From Polyangiaceae bacterium (GTDB lineage Bacteria; Myxococcota_A; Polyangia; Polyangiales; Polyangiaceae), in contig JBNKBE010000016.1 in the NCBI GenBank assembly GCA_050287085.1, positions 1-64,000 on the forward strand: a stretch of DNA of 64,000 nt, written 5' to 3'. Positions within the stretch are counted from its first letter, which is position 1. Every line of letters begins with the position of its first letter. The notes under the pieces were generated by a model, which was given only the letters and a program-made list of their open reading frames with translations, was not told where the DNA came from and did not search any database. This document shows positions 57,240-64,000 of the stretch, piece by piece. The translations under genes were made by a program, and so were the position numbers.

Positions 57240-59111
57240 TTAGTCGTCTTCTGCGCGGCCGTCGCGGTGGCAGTTCAAGCAGAAGTTCACCGGTGCGTCG
57301 CCGCGGGGGTAGTTGCCCACATCGTTGTGTTCTCGGTCCATGCGGGCCCTGCTGTGAACGCCGGTGTGGCAGTTGACGCAGTCGGTATTGCCAGCTCCAT
57401 TCGGCCCAAGTTCGGGCTTGTGGCAGTCGTTGCAGGCAAAGCCGCTGTGGCGACCGCTACTGATGCGGAACTGGGCGTCGGGGTGTAGGCCACCACTGGC
57501 AGGCTTCCAGCCGCTGGTAGAGTGGCAGTCGGCGCAGGTGGTGGGGAAGTCGGAGTGCCCGGGGTAAGGGCTGCGATCGTAGTCGTCACGGTGGCAACCG
57601 ACGCATTCCTCGGGAGCATTGTCGTAGACCGGTGGATCGCCGGTGTGGCAGCTGGCGCAGCTGGTCGACGCGTGAGCGCCGGTCAGAGGCCACGGATGCT
57701 GGAAGCTCGGTCCGATGGAGGCGGGGCGCCATCCGTCGTTGCTGTGGCATTCCGAGCAATTGGTGGAGAATCCACTATGGTCGAGCGCAGCACCGGCGCG
57801 GTCATCATCGTGGCAATCGATACACTCGGTGGGAGTCCCTTCGTAGACGGGGGGCTCGCCGGTGTGGCAGTCGCCGCAGCTGGTCATGGCGTGAACGCCA
57901 TTGAGCGGCCACGAGTGAACGAAGTTGGGGCCTATGCTGGCAGGCTTCCATCCGTCATTGCTATGACACTCGGCGCAGTTCGTCGAGAAGTTGCTATGAT
58001 CGGGGGATGCTACGTTGTTGCGGTCATCGCCGTGGCAATCGATACACTCGGTGGGAGTCCCTTCGTAGACGGGGGGCTCGCCGGTGTGGCAGTCGCTGCA
58101 GCTGGTCATGGCGTGAACGCCATTGAGCGGCCAGGAATGCTTGAAGCTGGGGCCTATGCTGGCAGGCTTCCATCCGTTGTTGCTATGACACTCGGCGCAA
58201 TTCGTCGAGAAGTCGCTATGATCGGGCGAGGCAACGTTGTTGCGGTCATCGCTGTGGCAATCGATGCACTCGGTGGGAGTTCCCTCGTAGACAGGGGGCT
58301 CGCCGGTATGGCAGTCGCTGCAGCTGGTCATGGCGTGAACGCCATTGAGCGGCCACGAGTGCTTGAAGCTGGGGCCTATGTTCGCGGGCTTCCAGCCTTG
58401 GTCGCTGTGGCACTCGGAGCAGTTGGTCGAGAAGTCGCTGTGGTCCGGCGATATTACGTTGTCTCGGTCGTCGCTGTGACAGTCGATGCACTCAGTAGGC
58501 GTACCGTCGTAGACGGGTGGGTCGCCCACGTGGCAGCTCGAGCAGGGCGCAGCAGCATGTTCTCCCTCCAGGGGCCACGGATGTACAAAGCGCGCCGCGC
58601 TGCCGACGAGGGTGGCCGGCGACCAGGCGTCAGTTGTATGGCACGTCTGACACTCTTCTGGGAACGCACTGTGGTTCGGTTGAGTCACCTGATCGCGATC
58701 GTCGCGGTGACAGCCGATACACTCCTCAGGCGTGTTTGCGAAGACGACGGGCTCGCCGGTATGGCAACTGCTACATTGGGCGGCACCGTGAGCGCCGGTC
58801 AGCGGCCATTCGTGAGAGAACCCGGGGGCAGGCGACCAGAACTTCTCGCTATGGCAGTCCTCGCACGTCTCGGGCATGACTCCGACGTGCAAGGGGTTTG
58901 TCGCTTCGGCAAACTCATCGAGGTGGCAGCTCGCGCAGTCGCCAGAGACAACCGGGTGATGGTCCTCGACCTCCTGGCAAGCCGTGTTCGCTAGCGCGCC
59001 CAATGCAAGCATGAACCCGGCCATGCCGGCACGAGTTCCGCGCTTCTGCCTTGTGTGTCCGACCGGGGTTGTTTGGTCGGTCCCTTCCCTACACTGGTCG
59101 CCGTTAGCCAT
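57240..59111 (-). CDS. 23-heme c-type cytochrome lipoprotein with tandem triheme repeats
   Basis: 23 CxxCH counted; lipobox-like LANTAC; 74-aa repeats HSWPLNGVH-CxxCH-CIDCH-PDH-CxECH. Confidence 0.92.
   Translation of the reverse strand: MANGDQCREGTDQTTPVGHTRQKRGTRAGMAGFMLALGALANTACQEVEDHHPVVSGDCASCHLDEFAEATNPLHVGVMPETCEDCHSEKFWSPAPGFSHEWPLTGAHGAAQCSSCHTGEPVVFANTPEECIGCHRDDRDQVTQPNHSAFPEECQTCHTTDAWSPATLVGSAARFVHPWPLEGEHAAAPCSSCHVGDPPVYDGTPTECIDCHSDDRDNVISPDHSDFSTNCSECHSDQGWKPANIGPSFKHSWPLNGVHAMTSCSDCHTGEPPVYEGTPTECIDCHSDDRNNVASPDHSDFSTNCAECHSNNGWKPASIGPSFKHSWPLNGVHAMTSCSDCHTGEPPVYEGTPTECIDCHGDDRNNVASPDHSNFSTNCAECHSNDGWKPASIGPNFVHSWPLNGVHAMTSCGDCHTGEPPVYEGTPTECIDCHDDDRAGAALDHSGFSTNCSECHSNDGWRPASIGPSFQHPWPLTGAHASTSCASCHTGDPPVYDNAPEECVGCHRDDYDRSPYPGHSDFPTTCADCHSTSGWKPASGGLHPDAQFRISSGRHSGFACNDCHKPELGPNGAGNTDCVNCHTGVHSRARMDREHNDVGNYPRGDAPVNFCLNCHRDGRAEDD
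57500..58820. repeat. ~222-bp tandem repeat (about 6 units, central ones near-identical)
   Basis: cagctggtcatggcgtgaacgccattgagcggcca recurs at 57877, 58099 and 58321 (period 222). Confidence 0.9.
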
Positions 59112-59538
59112 AAAGTTCCCACATGCTGGTTGAGGTCCTCAGAGCGGGTGGTGGCCGCCGTGGGCGTGGACTGTGAGAAGCTCGAGGGAATTCGCTGTAT
59201 GCGGATGGACAACGTGGAAAAGTGAAAGAGGAATGAAATCTGAGCGACGATTCTGAGCAGTCGTTTCGTCCGTTGGCGTGCCCGTCACCCACCCATTCGG
59301 CCCAGCAAGACAGCGGCCCAATAGCCGGGTGTGCCCGATCGAGTCTCACGGCTCAGGGGGGTCGAGGCCGGGGCGGGGCTGTTCTCCAGACCGGCGTTCT
59401 TCGTTGGAGGATGGACTCCGCCCGCAGCGTGACGCTCGGTTTGTTTTCCTATGCTGGGGGGACCCTGGGGACTCGAGCGTAGCCAGGGCAATACTGCGCG
59501 GGTAATCTCGCCCGCGTCACTCGCACAAAAGGTGGAAG

Positions 59539-60630
59539 ATGAAAAAGCTCTGCTCGGTTGGGTCGCTCCTGGCGGTGGTAGCCGCTGTCTCTCTGCTCTC
59601 GCTTCATGGGGCTGAGGCGGCCCCGAAGGGAGCGGCGCCGAAGCGCCCAGAGAACGGCAGTTCGATTGCGAAGTCACAACCCGTCGTAGCGACCCCCGCG
59701 CCACTGCGCGTTCCGCTGAAGCCGCTTCGGAACATTCCGCGCAACTGGACCACAGTTCACGCCTACGAGCGTGGGGTGCGCGACGCGATGGATATTGCAG
59801 CGACTGGTGCATTCAACGGTGTGCCGGCGCTGGGCGGCTTCCGCGTTCACTTTGAGAATGGCGACCACAAGTTGCGACGCGTCGGCGTCGCTCCCAAAGG
59901 AGCTCTCGCGCAGTTTTCCTTCAGCGATCAGAACGGGGACGATCCCTACGCGGCAACTGCGACTTGGGCTCTGCTCGGCGCTGGGACATCCGGCGTTGTA
60001 CACGCAAGCGGCAGCGGACGCTTCGAGATACCGCTCGGGTCGGTGAAGGCGGGGCACACGCTGGTGCTGTCGGGGTTCGAGTTTCAGCGAAAAGGAGGGA
60101 CTGACGCCAACGTACGGACCATAGGTATTTGGCTGGACTCTCAGAAAGCGACGGCGCGAGTCTCGCTGATCGATGATCAGGGGGCTGACTTCCGCGGCTT
60201 TGAGCGTACGCTTGGGATGGCGTTCCTCAGTTCTTTGGTGCCGCTCGGGGACTTGGCGGCGCAGACCAGTACGATGAGCGGCGCGATGCATCGCTTGCAG
60301 GACGGCGCGCTGCGTCCCTACGCCGTGTCAGTGTATTATGCGTGGATCCCGAACGAATTGGTGGAAGGAACAGACAGCTTCACCGGCACAAGTCGTATGC
60401 CTTCATCGGGGCGCCAGTTCCCAGGAAACGGTGTGATTCAGGGCTTCGAATTCTACTTCGGAAACAGCGATCATCACTTGCTGGACTTTGGGGTCCTCGG
60501 CAAGCTGATGAATCCACCCCCGCCCGCGATGCAGACGCCGTCCGGAGAAGCGGTGGCCTTCCAGGATAACAACCGCGATGATCCTCTGACCTGGGCCGTG
60601 CGCATGGTTCGGCTCACGCCGCGACCGTAG
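59539..60630 (+). CDS. Hypothetical secreted protein with three internal repeats
   Basis: Signal peptide (AEA); three GF.F....D..L/V..GV/I....F/I.D...D units. Confidence 0.75.
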   Translation: MKKLCSVGSLLAVVAAVSLLSLHGAEAAPKGAAPKRPENGSSIAKSQPVVATPAPLRVPLKPLRNIPRNWTTVHAYERGVRDAMDIAATGAFNGVPALGGFRVHFENGDHKLRRVGVAPKGALAQFSFSDQNGDDPYAATATWALLGAGTSGVVHASGSGRFEIPLGSVKAGHTLVLSGFEFQRKGGTDANVRTIGIWLDSQKATARVSLIDDQGADFRGFERTLGMAFLSSLVPLGDLAAQTSTMSGAMHRLQDGALRPYAVSVYYAWIPNELVEGTDSFTGTSRMPSSGRQFPGNGVIQGFEFYFGNSDHHLLDFGVLGKLMNPPPPAMQTPSGEAVAFQDNNRDDPLTWAVRMVRLTPRP

Positions 60631-60948
60631 GCGTTGGCAGCGGTGCGGCATGAATCGCACGTATCCGCTATCTGGTGCGCGCTATCACGTTGTGACGAGG
60701 GTGACTGGCCTGAAACAGTCCGTTCTGGAGCACACCAGTTGCGGCCTCATTGGGATTGGTGAGCTAGGGTGTTATCGAAGCCCGCTCTAGGGAAGGCGGG
60801 CGGCAGATCGGTCTCTTGGGCTTGTGCGTGCGTGGTGCCGGACGTACGCTGGATGCGCCCTTTGCCCTTTTGCAGGGCGAGCGGGCGCGCTGCTTCTGTG
60901 GCAGTGTGGTAACTCGGCAGCGCTTCGCGTTGTCACCGCAGTCACGCT

Positions 60949-62190
60949 GTGGATACAAGGAGAGCTTTGATGATATCGGGTCGTACAGTGACGGTTGGCA
61001 GTGCGGTTGGCCTTTTTCTGAGTGCTTGCGGCGTGGAGCCGGTGGACGGCAGTCCGGCGGGCGGCGCGTCGGGGATGGCGGGCGCCGGCGGGGGCGCTGG
61101 CGCCCCCGCGGAAGTGGCGGGCGGCGGCGCAGGGGGCACGGCCCCGGGCGCAGCAGGCGCGGTCGGAGTGGCCGGCATGACCACGGGCGGCATGACGGGC
61201 GCATCCGGTAACAGCGCTGGGGGCGCGAGCGCGGGCACCGACGGCGGCGGCATGGGGGGTGGTGTGGACGTTGCGGGTGCCGGAGGTGCTGAAGGCGGCG
61301 CTGCGACTGGCGGCGCTGCGACCGGAGGCGCTGAGACTGGCGGCGCTGAGACTGGCGGCGCGGGCTCGGAGCCCAGCGTGCCGGGGGCAATTCCGCTCGG
61401 AAACGATCCGGTGAAGAGCGCCGGCTGCGGCAGCATGCCGACGCTTACCGCGGGTAAACATACCATCATGAGCACGGGTCAACAGCGCAGCTACATCATC
61501 GATATTCCCAACGGCTACGATATGGACGAGCCACACCGGCTGTTCTATACCTCCCACTGGATCGGGAGTACCTCGGAGGCTGTCCGCGACCAGAACTACT
61601 ACTTCCTGAAGCCGCTAGCCCAGCGCGACGGTGTCCCGGCCATCTTTGTTGCGCCTCAGTCGGATGGTGACCGGTGGCAGGAGAAGGATCACGCACTCTT
61701 CGATGACCTTCTCGCGCTGGTCAAAGAAGATCTGTGTATTGATACGACGCGGGTGTTCGCGACTGGCTTTAGTTTTGGGGGGATGATCACCTACTCGCTG
61801 TCGGTCAACCATCAAAAAGACATTCGCGCCGCCGTGGGCATTGCCCCTGCCAACTACAATATCTATGTCCCGCCGCGCACCGGAGAGCCCATCGCCTGGA
61901 TGCAAACCACGGGCATGAACGACGGGACATGTCCTTGGGTGCAGCAGAACAGCGTCACCAACGGTGCCAAGTTCATTGCGATTGAACATGCCACCGACAA
62001 CGGCTGCGAGGTGCCGAACGACCTTCCGACCTGGCAAAACGGCGGGCACCTTTGTTACGATTTCGAGGGTTGTCCGAGTGAGTACCCCACCAAAGCGTGC
62101 ACCTTTAACGGCGATCACACCAACATCAGCAACGAGAACGGGCAGAACTGGATCCCGAATGAGTCTTGGGACTTCTTCATGCAGTTCTAG
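60949..62190 (+). CDS. Alpha/beta-hydrolase esterase (CE1 / PHB-depolymerase LpqC-like) lipoprotein
   Basis: Lipobox LSAC, Gly-rich linker, RSYIIDIP..Y, CIDTTRVFATGFSFGG (GxSxG), G.ND, F.GDH. Confidence 0.85.
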   Translation: MDTRRALMISGRTVTVGSAVGLFLSACGVEPVDGSPAGGASGMAGAGGGAGAPAEVAGGGAGGTAPGAAGAVGVAGMTTGGMTGASGNSAGGASAGTDGGGMGGGVDVAGAGGAEGGAATGGAATGGAETGGAETGGAGSEPSVPGAIPLGNDPVKSAGCGSMPTLTAGKHTIMSTGQQRSYIIDIPNGYDMDEPHRLFYTSHWIGSTSEAVRDQNYYFLKPLAQRDGVPAIFVAPQSDGDRWQEKDHALFDDLLALVKEDLCIDTTRVFATGFSFGGMITYSLSVNHQKDIRAAVGIAPANYNIYVPPRTGEPIAWMQTTGMNDGTCPWVQQNSVTNGAKFIAIEHATDNGCEVPNDLPTWQNGGHLCYDFEGCPSEYPTKACTFNGDHTNISNENGQNWIPNESWDFFMQF

Positions 62191-62362
62191 GCCTGCAGTC
62201 TAGGGGCATGCACGTGGGTTTGGCCCGACTGCGGAAGGACAAAGGCGCCTAGCGTGGGTCTGAGCTTGCTCGGCGCTGTCACCAAGGATGCTCCGAAGCG
62301 TCCCTTCTCCGAAAGTGACGACTTCGGAGAACGACGACCTGGGCGAGATGGCCACTAGCGGC

Positions 62363-63004
62363 TTATTGCTGCGGTTTGCGCGTGACGAGGAAGAGGTCGT
62401 GACTCTTGGTCGGATAGAAGCCGGCTTCCTCCACGCTTAGCCGGACCCGCTCGATGGCGCTTCGAAGTGCCGCTTCGGTGATGAAACTGACAAAAGGCGC
62501 CCGACCGAGAACTCTCATCAGCGGAATGATTCCGCGAAACAGGAAGTTGCTATCGCCAAGGCAAGGGGTCTTGGTTATCAAGACCCCGCCCGGCTTGAGC
62601 CGAGAGCAACAGAAGGTGATGGCCGCTTCGATATCTGGCAGCAGATGAAGGAGATTGAACGCCATCACAACGTCGTAGGACCGCGTATCGGCGGGGGCAT
62701 CCCCCAACTCGCAGACGCTGAAGCTGACGTTCTCAACGCCTTGCGCTCGCGCTTTGGCTTGGCCCAAGCGGATCATCTCACCGGAGATATCGGTGGCCCG
62801 CACACTCGCCACGTAGGGCGCTAGGTGAAGGGCGGTGGTGCCGGTACCACAACCCAACTCCAGGACGTGATCCTCTGGCTTCAGGTAGTCGCGCACCCGT
62901 GCCAACGTTTGCTGATAGGCGCTGTCGTCTGGAACCGGCCTTTGAGCGTATTGTGCTGCTATTCGATCCCAGAACTGGGCGTTTGGGGGGAAGGATCGGC
63001 TCAT
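62363..63004 (-). CDS. Class I SAM-dependent methyltransferase
   Basis: FWDRIA..YA, VLELGCGTG, TDISGEM, YDVVMAFNLLHL, LKPGG. Start ATG 63004. Confidence 0.92.
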   Translation of the reverse strand: MSRSFPPNAQFWDRIAAQYAQRPVPDDSAYQQTLARVRDYLKPEDHVLELGCGTGTTALHLAPYVASVRATDISGEMIRLGQAKARAQGVENVSFSVCELGDAPADTRSYDVVMAFNLLHLLPDIEAAITFCCSRLKPGGVLITKTPCLGDSNFLFRGIIPLMRVLGRAPFVSFITEAALRSAIERVRLSVEEAGFYPTKSHDLFLVTRKPQQ

Positions 63005-63023
63005 GGCGGGCTCCGACGCGCGC

Positions 63024-63431
63024 TCAGTGTTCGCTGGGGCTGGCAGGCAACTCGTATTCGAACGCGTAACGGTGCACGCCGCTGACGAGCTCGATGGACA
63101 TGTCACCTTGTAGGCCACGAAGCTCACCCGTGCCGGAATTGGGGACGACAGTGACGGACGACGAGCTCTTGCCATCGTGCATGGTTGCGGAGTGTTGCAG
63201 CACGAAGGTTCCGCTGCGCTCACCAAGGGTGCCTTGCACGCGTTCCAGGGCGACGTAGCCCGCCGAACCCTCCACCTGCGTGCGCGCGCCGAGCATTTCG
63301 ACCTGGCTCGAGCCTCGCAGCCCCCCACTGAACTGCTTGTCAAAATGCCCGCGCGCGAGCGATATGCCGTGCGCGTTGTCGTAGGGAGGCTCGAACTTGG
63401 CTGATACCTCGAAGGTGCCCACGGCTTTCAT
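63024..63431 (-). CDS. DUF3224 family protein
   Basis: KQFSG.L.G.S, AGYVALE.V.G.L..RSGTFVLQH, VVP.SGTGEL.GL.G. Confidence 0.88.
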   Translation of the reverse strand: MKAVGTFEVSAKFEPPYDNAHGISLARGHFDKQFSGGLRGSSQVEMLGARTQVEGSAGYVALERVQGTLGERSGTFVLQHSATMHDGKSSSSVTVVPNSGTGELRGLQGDMSIELVSGVHRYAFEYELPASPSEH

Positions 63432-63643
63432 GCCGATACCGTAGCCCCATTTGCCTTTCGGTCTTGAAGAAAAGCGACATGCGACGCCCGCTACCGATGT
63501 GACGATGCCGAAGAGAGTTGCCCGAGCTGCCTCCTAGTGGCAATGGCCATGGTGGCGGGGGCTGTGGTCGTGGGCGCTGCGGCGCAGCCACCCGAGCGAG
63601 CGCTGGCAACCTCGACGCCTGAATGGCTTGTCTGCTTGAGCAC

Positions 63644-64000
63644 TCACTCGGCTTTGGCTGCTGCACATACCGCAATGTTGAACATGGGGGAACCTATGGC
63701 ACCCCACATGCGAAGCCAGAGCGGAAGATACATTTCCGTTCCGCGCGCGGCTGTGATGTCGCCCAGGTCGAGCACATGGGACCAGCCGAACCACTGCTTG
63801 AGTACGTTGGTCTCTACCGTGCGCTTTGCCTCATCGTCGTTGCCACAAAGGAATAGCGTGTGATCTCCTGGCACTGTCTTCGGGTTGATCATGACGGGAG
63901 CGCTCACAGTGTTGAGCGTCTTGACCACTTTTGTCCGGGGGAAAGTGGCTTGGATTTGTTCACCCAATGACGTGTGGTTGCAGGTGCTGAGCACCGGTGG
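63644..64000 (-). CDS. NADPH-dependent F420 reductase-like oxidoreductase, C-terminal part (runs off the window)
   Basis: SLGEQIQ..FP..KVVKTLNT, CGND..AK, FGW..V.DLGDI..ARG.E.YLPLW. Confidence 0.85.
   Translation of the reverse strand, partial: PPVLSTCNHTSLGEQIQATFPRTKVVKTLNTVSAPVMINPKTVPGDHTLFLCGNDDEAKRTVETNVLKQWFGWSHVLDLGDITAARGTEMYLPLWLRMWGAIGSPMFNIAVCAAAKAE

Noticed and set aside
62363..63343. 326-aa extended methyltransferase ORF
   Set aside because: The extension overlaps the DUF3224 gene in another frame; the real start is ATG 63004.

Overview
This is GC-rich bacterial DNA whose gene content suggests Myxococcota, probably Polyangiales-like (inference from Gly/Ala-linker lipoproteins, a DUF1592/DUF1552 pair, PilZ and CarF-family genes). 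The left ~19 kb is mostly housekeeping: the tail of a histone-like protein, a DinG/YoaA helicase, a SurA/PpiD-like chaperone, an M16 peptidase, pal-tolQRAB and mfd. It also contains a ~750-nt gene-free, densely self-complementary interval (6686-7435) that is a candidate large structured RNA. The middle is accessory: PL9, GH43 and CE1-like secreted enzymes, a CarF-family desaturase, an HDAC-like enzyme, a SCO-PCuAC / CxC protein / CheA-like kinase module, a hybrid kinase, a pentaheme cytochrome and a COG0523 GTPase. The main feature is a compact minus-strand operon (49328-59111). It encodes a 23-heme lipoprotein built from 222-bp tandem repeats, a membrane-anchored ferredoxin plus circularly permuted TrxR-like NAD(P)H flavoprotein, a putative di-heme b inner-membrane protein, a second 23-heme cytochrome, a decaheme cytochrome, a beta-barrel-like outer-membrane protein and an OB-fold accessory protein. 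Together these carry 56 CxxCH motifs and could form a complete cytoplasm-to-surface electron conduit. No rRNA, tRNA, CRISPR array or transposase was recognised. All calls are by eye from motifs; no database searches were run.
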